From the NCBI RefSeq assembly GCF_000017305.1, contig NC_009664.2:1080001-1112000 (forward strand): 32,000 nt of DNA, given 5' to 3'. Source of the DNA: Kineococcus radiotolerans SRS30216 = ATCC BAA-149. GTDB taxonomy: Bacteria; Actinomycetota; Actinomycetes; Actinomycetales; Kineococcaceae. Shown here in pieces: positions 1 to 7,198 of this stretch. The notes beneath the pieces were generated by a model. It was not told the origin of the DNA, did no database searches, and saw only the letters and a program-made list of their open reading frames with translations. Positions within the stretch are counted from its first letter, which is position 1, and each line of letters begins with the position of its first letter. The translations under genes were made by a program, and so were the position numbers.

Positions 1-901
1 AGGTGTCCTGGTACTCGTCGAGCAGGACGACCCGGTGCCGGGCCCGCTCCCCCGCCGCGACCGCGGGGACCTCGCGGGCCAGCCGGGCCGCGAGGAGGAC
101 CTGGTCGCCGAAGTCGAGCTGCTCGGCGTCGCGCTTGCGGCGCACGTACTCCTCCAGCAGCGGCACCACCGCCTTCCGGGCCCGCTGCACCGCCAGCAGG
201 TCGCGCACCTTCGCGTACGGCTCCCCCGGGACGTGGGCCCCGAGCTTGGCGACGCTGCGGTCGTCCTTGGGCAGCGCGCGGACCCGGGTCTCGAGGTCGT
301 CGACGAAGGAGACCAGCTCCCCGGGGTCGACGAGGTGCTCGGCGCACTCCCCCGCCAGCTGCACCAGCGCGGCGGCCAGCGTGCTCGGCGCGGCCTCCAC
401 CCCGGGCAGGTCCCCCAGCCAGGACTCCACGACGTCGGAGGCGAGCTGCCAGGCCCCGGCGTCGGAGAGCACCGTGGACTGCGGCTCCACGCCCAGGCGC
501 AGGCCGTGGTCGGTCACCAGGGAGGCGGCGTAGGCGTGGTACGTCGACACCACAGGTTCCCCGTCACCGAGACCGTGGGGGCCGTCGGCGCCGGCCCCGG
601 GCGCGGGGGCCGGGCCCAGCCCGACCGCCCGCAGCCCGCGCAGGCGGCGGCGGACGCGCTCGGCGAGCTCGCCGGCGGCCTTGCGGGTGAAGGTCAGCCC
701 CAGCACGTCCTCGGGGGCGACGAGCTCGTTGGCGACCAGCCACACCACCCGCGAGGACATCGTCTCCGTCTTGCCCGATCCCGCGCCGGCGACGACGAGC
801 ACCGGCTCGACCGGGGCCTCGATGACGGCGACCTGCTCGGGCGTGGGGGTGGGCCGACCCAGGCGCTGGGCGATCTCGACCGCGCTCAGCCGGGCGCTCA
901 C
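1..901 (-). CDS. adnB: UvrD/Rep-family ATP-dependent helicase, AdnB-like helicase-nuclease subunit (N-terminal ~300 aa; gene continues past the left edge)
   Basis: Absent from the ORF track because there is no stop in the window. Reverse-strand translation from GTG (899-901) gives VSARLSAVEIAQRLGRPTPTPEQVAVIEAPVEPVLVVAGAGSGKTETMSSRVVWLV...LTFTRKAAGEL...VSTYHAYA...RVVLLDEYQDT. These are SF1 motifs Q, I (GAGSGKT), Ia and II (DEYQD). The start overlaps the upstream gene's stop (GTGA, 898-901). GC3 is high in this frame. Confidence 0.8.
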   Translation of the reverse strand, partial: MSARLSAVEIAQRLGRPTPTPEQVAVIEAPVEPVLVVAGAGSGKTETMSSRVVWLVANELVAPEDVLGLTFTRKAAGELAERVRRRLRGLRAVGLGPAPAPGAGADGPHGLGDGEPVVSTYHAYAASLVTDHGLRLGVEPQSTVLSDAGAWQLASDVVESWLGDLPGVEAAPSTLAAALVQLAGECAEHLVDPGELVSFVDDLETRVRALPKDDRSVAKLGAHVPGEPYAKVRDLLAVQRARKAVVPLLEEYVRRKRDAEQLDFGDQVLLAARLAREVPAVAAGERARHRVVLLDEYQDT

Positions 902-3900
902 CGGCCCTCCTCCTCGACGACGCTGCGGCCGGCCTCCTGGGCCGGGCAGCTGCTCAGCACCGGGCAGGACCCGCAGTACGGCCCCACCACGGCCTCGAAG
1001 CGCCCCGCGGCCATCCCCTCGGCGGCCCGGGCGAGCAGGTCGGCCGCCCAGCCGGGGTCGTCGTCCTCGTCGAGGGCGCGCTGGTGCTGCACGGGGGCCT
1101 TCTTCTGGGTGCCGCCGAGCTGGACGAGCACCGCGCCCCCCGTGCCGGTGGGGCCGGTGGGCGGGGCGGGGAAGGCGCCCTCCTGCGCGGCGAGCTGGTA
1201 GACGCCCAGCTGGGGGGACCGCTCCACCTCGGCGCGGGAGGGCTGGACCTTGCCGGTCTTGAGGTCGACGACGACCGCGCGGCCCTCGGCGTCGCGCTCG
1301 AGGCGGTCCACCCGGCCGCGGACGCGGGCCCGCCCGACCTGGACGTCGACGTCGAGCTCGACCCCGACCAGCGTCCGGCCCTCGGCGCGGGCGTCGCGGT
1401 GGTACTCGGCCAGCTTGTCGACCATCCGCAGCGCCCGGGCGCGCGCGGTCTCGGCGACCCAGCCGTCGGGCAGGCCCAGGGTGGGCCACAGCAGGTCCAG
1501 CCGGCGCCGCAGCTCGAACGCGTCGGCCTCCGGGGCCTCGGAGGCGATGCGGTGAACGAGGTTGCCGATCGCCTGGCCCGTGGAGTCGCCCGGTCGCGCG
1601 CCGGAGCTCTCCAGCAGCCAGCGCAGGCCGCAGCGCTCGAAGCTCTCCACCCGCGAGGGGGACACGGGGACCTCCTCGCCGGGGCCGCGCAGCGCGCCGT
1701 CGTCGGTGAGCTCCTGCACGCCGTACCACTCCGAGGGGTCCGCCCCCGCGACCCCGGCCGCGGCGAGCTCGGCCAGCCGGGCCGCCGCGGCCGCCCTGCG
1801 CTGCGGGGTCTCGACCGCGTCCGGCGCGCAGACGACCTGCCGCAACCGGGCCACCAGCGCCGGCAGGGACACCGCCCGCGGGACCGTCGCGAGCCCGGGC
1901 TCCTCCTCCTCGTCGGCGCGGGTCCGCAGCCCCGCGGCGTCGGCGACGACGTCGAGGAAGGCCGAGGGCCGCTCGTCCTCGTCGCGCACGGCGGTGACCA
2001 CCAGCTCCTCCCGGGCCCGGGTGACGGCGACGTGGAAGAGCCGCAGCTCGTCCTCCAGCACCGCCCGCCGCGCCCCGGGGCCGTCGGGGTCGCGGCCCTG
2101 GAGGACGTCGACGAGGGCCTGCGCGCCGAGCACGGATCCGCGCAGGCGCAGGTCCGGCCAGACGCCCTCCTGCACCCCCGCGACGACGACGAGGTCCCAC
2201 TCGCGGCCCACCGCGCCCTGCGGGGTGGTCAGCGTGACGGCCCCGGCGTCGGGAGCGCGGTCGGCGAGGGTGTCCGAGGGCACCTCGGCGGCCATCAGCT
2301 GGTCGAGGAAGCGGCGGGCGCTGCCGGCGCCGGGGAAGCGGTCCTCGAAGCGCCCCGCGGCCTCGAACAGGGCCAGCACGGCGTCGAGGTCGCGGTCGGC
2401 CCGGCCGGCGTCGGCCCCCTCCACGACGGCCCCGGCCAGCGCCGCGCGCTGCCAGCGCGCGGCCAGCCCGCTGGCGTCCCAGAGGTGCCAGAGCACCGTC
2501 TCGGCGCTCGTGCCCGCGGCCGCGGCCGCGAGGGCCCGGCGGCCGGCCTGCAGCACGAGCGCGACGCGCACCGCGGGCCCGAGCGCGGGGTCGTCGGCGC
2601 CGAGCAGCGCGAGGTCGCCCGTCGCCGCCGCGAGGTCGGTCGCCGGGGCGGCCAGCGCCCCGGCCAGCGCGGAGGTCAGCACCGCGTCGCTGGTGCGCCC
2701 CCCGCCGGCGGCGAGCTCGCTGCGCCGCAGCGACTGCCGCAGCCGCCGCAGGGCGACGACGTCGGCCCCGCCCAGGGGCGAGGTGACGAGCTCGCGCGCC
2801 GCGGCGTCGTCCAGCGCGGCGGGGTCGAGGACGACGGTGAGGGCGCTCAGCAGCGGCCGCACGGCCGGTTCGTCGCGGACGGGGACCTCGGCCAGCGGGA
2901 CCGCGAGCGGGACGCCGGCGGCGGCGAGGCTGCGCCGCAGGGCGGCGGTGTGCCCGGCGGAGCGGACGACGACGGCCATCTGCGACCACGGGACCCCGTC
3001 GAGCAGGTGGCGCCGGCGCAGCCGCTGGGCGACCCAGGAGGCCTCCTGGGTCGCGGAGGCGAGGACGGCGACCTCGACGCGCCCGCGCTCCACGGCGACC
3101 TCGGGGGCGGGGCGGGCCGCGCGCTGCGGGGCGCCCCCGAGGGCACCGATGCGGGTGGACACCGCCCGGCTCACCGCGTGCAGCAGGGGGCGCTGGCGGT
3201 GGTCGGTGCCCAGGACGACCGTGGTCGCGCCCACCCCGGGCCGGGGCCCGAACCGGTCGGCCAGCTCCGCGGCCGTGCGGGCGTCGGCGCCGCGGAAGCC
3301 CTGGGTGACGCTGTCGGGGTCGGTGGCGAGCACGAGGTCGCGGCCCCCGGCCACCACCTCCAGCAGCCGCAGCGCGGCCTCGGAGAGGTCGTGGGCGTCG
3401 TCGACGGCGACGAGGTCCCAGCGGGCGCGCTCGGCGGCCAGCAGCTCCGGCTCGGCCCGCAGGGCGGCGACGGCCTCGTCGACGACACCGGCCGGGTCGT
3501 AGGCGTCGGCGCGGCCGAGGGCGTTGACGGCGAGGTACTCCTCGAGCAGGTCCGCGGCGGCGCACCACTCCGGGCGGGCGTGCGCGCGCCCGAGGTCGGC
3601 GAGGTCGGCGGGGCCCAGCCCGCGCTCGACGGCGCGCATCAGCAGGTCGCGCAGCTCGTTGCGGAAGCTGCGCAGCCCCCAGGAGGCGCGGGGGACGTCG
3701 GAGGGCCAGCCCGGGACGCGCAGCCCGCCCGTCGCGGTGGACGCGCCGGCGGGGTCGAGCTCGGGGAGCTCCGCCGCGTCCGGCCCCTCCGGGGAGGTGA
3801 CCGCCAGGTGCCCGCGCAGCAGCTCGGCCAGGATCGCGTCCTGCTCGGCGCCGGAGATCAGCCGCGGGGGCGGGGCGCCGTCGCGGGCGTGGACCAGGCG

Positions 3901-4308
3901 CAGCAGGCCGAAGGCGTAGGACTGCGGGGTCCGGGCGGCGGGCTGGCCGGTGGTGCGCCGCAGCCGCCGGGAGAGGTCGTCGCGCAGCAGGTCCGCGGAG
4001 CGGCGGCTGGGGGCGAGCACGAGCACGCGGTCCGGGGCCAGCCCGTCGCGCTCCACGCGGGTCGCGACGAGCTCGCGCAGGGTGCGGGTGCGCCCGGTGC
4101 CCGGGGCGCCGAGCACCACCAGCGGGCCGCTGCCCGCGGGGGTGTCCAGGACCCGCCGCTGCGCCGGGTCCGGGGGCTCGACCGCGCCGCCCACGAGCGG
4201 GACCCGCCGCAGGCGCGGGACCTGCGGGCGCCGCCGGGTGCCCTCGCCGCCGCCGCGCGCGACCTCGCCCTCACCGTTCTCCCGAAGCACCCGGTCATCG
4301 CACCACAC
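898..4308 (-). CDS. adnA: AdnA-like helicase-nuclease subunit (degenerate SF1 motor + C-terminal PD-(D/E)XK nuclease with Cys cluster)
   Basis: 1136-aa ORF. It has SF1-like motifs (VVLGAPGTGRT, LVAVDDAHD), a C-terminal RecB-type nuclease signature (AVVVDLKTGK) and a Cys set (ERCGLRW...GPYCGSCPVLSSCP) like the AddB/AdnA iron-sulfur nuclease domain. It lies directly upstream of, and is translationally coupled to, a UvrD-like partner. The start is uncertain (GTG 4308 or in-frame GTG 4290). Confidence 0.8.
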   Translation of the reverse strand: MWCDDRVLRENGEGEVARGGGEGTRRRPQVPRLRRVPLVGGAVEPPDPAQRRVLDTPAGSGPLVVLGAPGTGRTRTLRELVATRVERDGLAPDRVLVLAPSRRSADLLRDDLSRRLRRTTGQPAARTPQSYAFGLLRLVHARDGAPPPRLISGAEQDAILAELLRGHLAVTSPEGPDAAELPELDPAGASTATGGLRVPGWPSDVPRASWGLRSFRNELRDLLMRAVERGLGPADLADLGRAHARPEWCAAADLLEEYLAVNALGRADAYDPAGVVDEAVAALRAEPELLAAERARWDLVAVDDAHDLSEAALRLLEVVAGGRDLVLATDPDSVTQGFRGADARTAAELADRFGPRPGVGATTVVLGTDHRQRPLLHAVSRAVSTRIGALGGAPQRAARPAPEVAVERGRVEVAVLASATQEASWVAQRLRRRHLLDGVPWSQMAVVVRSAGHTAALRRSLAAAGVPLAVPLAEVPVRDEPAVRPLLSALTVVLDPAALDDAAARELVTSPLGGADVVALRRLRQSLRRSELAAGGGRTSDAVLTSALAGALAAPATDLAAATGDLALLGADDPALGPAVRVALVLQAGRRALAAAAAGTSAETVLWHLWDASGLAARWQRAALAGAVVEGADAGRADRDLDAVLALFEAAGRFEDRFPGAGSARRFLDQLMAAEVPSDTLADRAPDAGAVTLTTPQGAVGREWDLVVVAGVQEGVWPDLRLRGSVLGAQALVDVLQGRDPDGPGARRAVLEDELRLFHVAVTRAREELVVTAVRDEDERPSAFLDVVADAAGLRTRADEEEEPGLATVPRAVSLPALVARLRQVVCAPDAVETPQRRAAAAARLAELAAAGVAGADPSEWYGVQELTDDGALRGPGEEVPVSPSRVESFERCGLRWLLESSGARPGDSTGQAIGNLVHRIASEAPEADAFELRRRLDLLWPTLGLPDGWVAETARARALRMVDKLAEYHRDARAEGRTLVGVELDVDVQVGRARVRGRVDRLERDAEGRAVVVDLKTGKVQPSRAEVERSPQLGVYQLAAQEGAFPAPPTGPTGTGGAVLVQLGGTQKKAPVQHQRALDEDDDPGWAADLLARAAEGMAAGRFEAVVGPYCGSCPVLSSCPAQEAGRSVVEEEGR

Positions 4309-4326
4309 GCCTCCGACACGGCGGGC

Positions 4327-5211
4327 TCAGCGCGGTCCGGCCAGCCCGAGCTCCTCGACGAGGGTCTCGACGTTGCCCGCCGCGTTCAGCGAGTACAGGT
4401 GCAGCAGCGGCACCCCCTCCGCCAGCAGCCGGCGACCGTCCTCCAGCGCCAGGCGCACGCCCTCCTCGCGGAACGCGCCGCGGTCGTCGAGGAACGGGGC
4501 GAGCCGGCGCTGCAGCCAGGAGGGTTCGTGGCCGTCGGTCAGGCGCCGGGTGACCTCGAGCACCTTCGGGCTGGTCACCGGCAGCAGGCCCGGGACCAGC
4601 GGGGCGGTGCAGCCGGCGGCCGCGAGCCGGTCGCGCAGGCGCAGGAAGTCCTCCACGTCGAAGGTGAGCTGGGCGATGGCGAAGCCGGCGCCCGCGGCGA
4701 ACTTGCCCAGCAGGTGGCGCAGGTCCTCGTCGAGGTCGCGCGACTCCGGGTGCCCCAGCGGGAAGGCGGCCACCCCGGCGCTGCGGACCCCCTCGGCCAG
4801 GGCGAGGCGCACCAGCTCGTCGGCGTGCTGCAGCCCCTGCGGGTGCGCCCGCCACGGCGCGCGCGGGTCGCCGTCGGGGTCCCCGCGCAGCGCCAGCACG
4901 TCGGTGACCCCGCCGGCGAGGAGGTCGCGCACGACGCCCCGCAGCTGCGGGACCGACTGGCCCACGGCGGTCAGGTGGGCCACGGGGCGCAGGTCGGTGC
5001 GCGCGGCGAGGCGCGAGGCGAGCTCGACGGTGCCCTCCCGGGTGCCGCCGCCGGCGCCGTAGGTCACCGAGGCGAACACCGGCCGCAGCCGGGCCAGCCG
5101 CTCGACGGCCCGCCACTGGCGCTGCGCGCCCTCCTCGTCGTGGGCGGGCGAGAACTCCACCGAGAACCGCCGCTGCGCGTCGCGCAGGTCCGCGACCAGC
5201 CCGTCGCTCAC
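4327..5211 (-). CDS. metF: 5,10-methylenetetrahydrofolate reductase
   Basis: Collinear with E. coli MetF from memory: FSVEFSPA...FASVTYGAGGGTREGTVEL...VAHLTAVG...VLALRGDP...AAFPLGHPES...FAIAQLTFDVEDFLRLRDR...VPGLLPVTS...LHLYSLN. The ORF-track start (5394) is trimmed to GTG 5211, which overlaps the TGA of the upstream gene (GTGA 5208-5211). Confidence 0.9.
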   Translation of the reverse strand: MSDGLVADLRDAQRRFSVEFSPAHDEEGAQRQWRAVERLARLRPVFASVTYGAGGGTREGTVELASRLAARTDLRPVAHLTAVGQSVPQLRGVVRDLLAGGVTDVLALRGDPDGDPRAPWRAHPQGLQHADELVRLALAEGVRSAGVAAFPLGHPESRDLDEDLRHLLGKFAAGAGFAIAQLTFDVEDFLRLRDRLAAAGCTAPLVPGLLPVTSPKVLEVTRRLTDGHEPSWLQRRLAPFLDDRGAFREEGVRLALEDGRRLLAEGVPLLHLYSLNAAGNVETLVEELGLAGPR

Positions 5212-5570
5212 CGCGGGGCCCACGGGGCCGTCCAGCCGCGGGCGTCCCAGCGGGCCCGGGCCAGGTCCACGCGCACGTCGGCGGGGTCGTGGGCCAGCCG
5301 CCGCAGGGGGACGCCCTCCTCGCGCCAGTGCTCCAGCGCGCGCTCGGCCAGCGGGGGCGCGGAGCTGCCGTCGGCGCGCAGCACCCGCCACCACGGGGCG
5401 TGGGACCCGAAGCGGCGCAGCACGTTCCCCACGAACCGCGGCCCGCGGTCGCCGACGAGCTCACCGACGTCGCCGTAGGTCAGGACCCGCCCGGGCGGGA
5501 TCGCGTGCACGACCTCGAGGACCTCCTCGGCCCGGTCGGGCAGGTCGGGGGCGTCAGCGGGGTCTCGCAC
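5208..5570 (-). CDS. MGMT-family DNA-binding protein lacking the acceptor cysteine (alkyltransferase-like, ATL)
   Basis: The sequence EEVLEVVHAIPPGRVLTYGDVGELVGDRGPRFVGNVLRRFGSHAPWWRVLRADG matches the Ada/Ogt C-terminal DNA-binding domain. The PCHRV active site reads PWWRV. The start is set at GTG 5570 (CAGGCT hexamer 7 nt upstream). The ORF track extends to 5696 through an Arg/Pro-rich stretch that is unlikely to be coding. Confidence 0.7.
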   Translation of the reverse strand: MRDPADAPDLPDRAEEVLEVVHAIPPGRVLTYGDVGELVGDRGPRFVGNVLRRFGSHAPWWRVLRADGSSAPPLAERALEHWREEGVPLRRLAHDPADVRVDLARARWDARGWTAPWAPR

Positions 5571-5714
5571 CCGCCGCAGCCTGCCAGCCCCGTCCGACGC
5601 GTCGCGGGGGCCCCTCGTGCGGGAGGCCCCGGCAGGGTGACCGGGGTGACGACGGACACCCCGGCCCGGGGCGGCGCGGTGACGACGGTGCACCACTGCT
5701 GGGGGCGGGGTCGC

Positions 5715-6530
5715 TCAGGGGTTCGGCCAGGGGTTGGGCAGCGCCCCGTCGAGCCCCTTGGTCTGCTGCATCATGACCGGCGCGAGCCGCCCGGGGCCCG
5801 GGTTGGGGTCGTGGCCGTGACCCAGCGCGTGCCCGACCTCGTGGTTGACGACGTACTGCCGGTAGCCGGTGCGGTCCTCGCCGTAGTCGGGGATCGCCTC
5901 CACCCAGCGGTACCAGGTCAGGACCGCGGCGTCGCCGGTGCGGCAGGACAGCGTCCCCATCGTCCGCAGCGGGCGGCACAGGGCGGCCGAGGTGTCGGGG
6001 GTGGCGAGGACGAGGCGGATCTCGGCGTCGCCGTCGGTGCGGGCGAAGCTCGTCGTGCCGCCGGCGCCCCAGCCGCGGGGGTCGTTAAGCACCCCCAGGG
6101 CGAAGCCGGCGAAGGCCGCCGGGTCCAGGACGCCGGCGTCGACGAGGTCCTGCTCGACCTCCACCCGCACCGTGCGGACCCGCGCCGAGGCCGGGGCCGG
6201 GGAGGACCCCGGGACGACGACGAGGGTGCCGCCGCCGGACTGCGGGACCTCGCGGCGCAGGATGCCCGCGGCCACGTCCGCGGCGGTCAAGCCCGGGGGC
6301 GGCGCGGGCGCGGTGGGCGTCGACGGCGCGGGCGGGGCGGGGTCGGCGGGGGCCGGAGCGGGGGCGGAGGGGCTCGCGGCGGCCGCGTCCGTGGCGGTGC
6401 CGGCGGCGCGCGAGGGGGTGCCGGTGCAGCCGGCGAGCCAGGCCAGGGCACCCAGCCCACCGAGCAGGAGCGCCCGCCGGGGCGCCGGTGCGAGCCGGTC
6501 CGGGGCGGGGGCGGGGTCGGGGAGGAGCAC
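5715..6530 (-). CDS. DUF3152-type lipoprotein with metzincin-like zinc-binding motif
   Basis: N-terminal signal peptide with lipobox (LGALAWLAGCTG), a Pro/Ala-rich linker, then a C-terminal domain with VVNHEVGHALGHGH (HExxHxxGxxH). It sits in the same position as the DUF3152 protein next to DUF3107 in mycobacteria (recollection). Confidence 0.75.
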   Translation of the reverse strand: MLLPDPAPAPDRLAPAPRRALLLGGLGALAWLAGCTGTPSRAAGTATDAAAASPSAPAPAPADPAPPAPSTPTAPAPPPGLTAADVAAGILRREVPQSGGGTLVVVPGSSPAPASARVRTVRVEVEQDLVDAGVLDPAAFAGFALGVLNDPRGWGAGGTTSFARTDGDAEIRLVLATPDTSAALCRPLRTMGTLSCRTGDAAVLTWYRWVEAIPDYGEDRTGYRQYVVNHEVGHALGHGHDPNPGPGRLAPVMMQQTKGLDGALPNPWPNP

Positions 6531-6676
6531 GGCGCCAGCTTGGCACCGCGTCCGCTCGCGGCGAACCGGAACGCGCGGGGCGGGCGGGGCCGACTAGCGT
6601 GGTGGGCGGCCGGTGTGGTGCTCCACCCGGCCGAGGAGCACGACTGAGGTACGGCGAGACCCGGGAGGGGACTGCG

Positions 6677-6901
6677 GTGGAGGTTCGGATCGGCGTGCAG
6701 AACGTCGCACGCGAGCTGGTGTTCGAGTCGGCCCAGACCAGCGAGGAGATCACCGCGGCGGTCACCGAGGCGCTGTCCGGTGGCGCGGTGCTGCGGCTGG
6801 TGGACGAGAAGGGACGCCTGGTGGTGGTCCCGTCCGCGTCGCTGGGCTACGTCGACATCGGCGCGTCGGAGGTCCGCAAGGTGGGCTTCGGCCTGTCCTG
6901 A
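6677..6901 (+). CDS. DUF3107 family small protein
   Basis: VEVRIGVQNVARELVFESAQTSEEITAAVTEALSGGAVLRLVDEKGRLVVVPSASLGYVDIGASEVRKVGFGLS is a typical ~74-aa DUF3107 sequence. GTG 6677 is preceded by GGGAGGGG (6664-6671). The ORF-track start at 6488 is an over-extension. Confidence 0.75.
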   Translation: MEVRIGVQNVARELVFESAQTSEEITAAVTEALSGGAVLRLVDEKGRLVVVPSASLGYVDIGASEVRKVGFGLS

Positions 6902-6931
6902 GGACGGTCCCGGGAGATCGGCCCGGGTCAC

Positions 6932-6965
6932 GGCGCCGGGGCGCGGGAGACCGCACCCCGGCGCC
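6932..6965 (+). terminator. GC hairpin 31 nt after the DUF3107 stop (10 bp + C/A mismatch + 4 bp stem, GAGA tetraloop), no U-tract
   Basis: GGCGCCGGGG-C-GCGG-GAGA-CCGC-A-CCCCGGCGCC, read directly and paired by hand. Confidence 0.5.
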
Positions 6966-7007
6966 GCGGCACGTCCGTCCCCGGACGGGCCGCGTCACGC
7001 CGTGGCG

Positions 7008-7033
7008 CGTCCCGGTTACCCGTCCCGGTTACC
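7008..7033. repeat. Perfect 13-nt tandem duplication (CGTCCCGGTTACC x2) in the helicase upstream region
   Basis: Positions 7008-7020 and 7021-7033 are identical. The second copy plus the next two bases creates TACCAT (7030-7035), a TANNNT hexamer. Confidence 0.9.
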
Positions 7034-7198
7034 ATGGTCGGGTTCATGGTTGCCCGGTCGCCAGTCACGATCGGCTGCCGACTGCCGCGACGCGGCCGCA
7101 CGTCCCGCCTGACGACCTCCTCGCGGAGGGTTCGAGCGCTCCCACCCCGGTGAGCTCGTGCGGGCCGTCGACGCCGCCGCCCCCTCCACGGGAGACCC

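Noticed and set aside
1084-5478. 1464-aa plus-strand ORF (and similar giants: 16902-20183 minus, 23237-25918 plus, 23247-25871 minus, 7016-9031 minus, 25813-28170 plus, 17513-20587 plus)
   Set aside because: Their products are Arg/Gly/Pro/Ala low-complexity sequences running antisense or out of frame to genes with unmistakable catalytic motifs. Long stop-free antisense frames are expected at this GC content, and no motif of any family is visible.
7120-7150. GGTTCGAGCG segment resembling a tRNA T-arm (also GGTTCGACATTCGACA at 14478-14493)
   Set aside because: No 5-bp T-stem, acceptor stem or anticodon arm can be drawn around either. I see no tRNA or rRNA gene in the window.
7034-7153. 39-codon upstream ORF (MVGFMVARSPVTIGCRLPRRGRTSRLTTSSRRVRALPPR) in the helicase leader
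   Set aside because: It has no SD, and its third-position GC is clearly lower than in real genes here (7 of 38 codons end in A/T). The peptide is Arg-rich and low-complexity. It is more likely non-coding leader.
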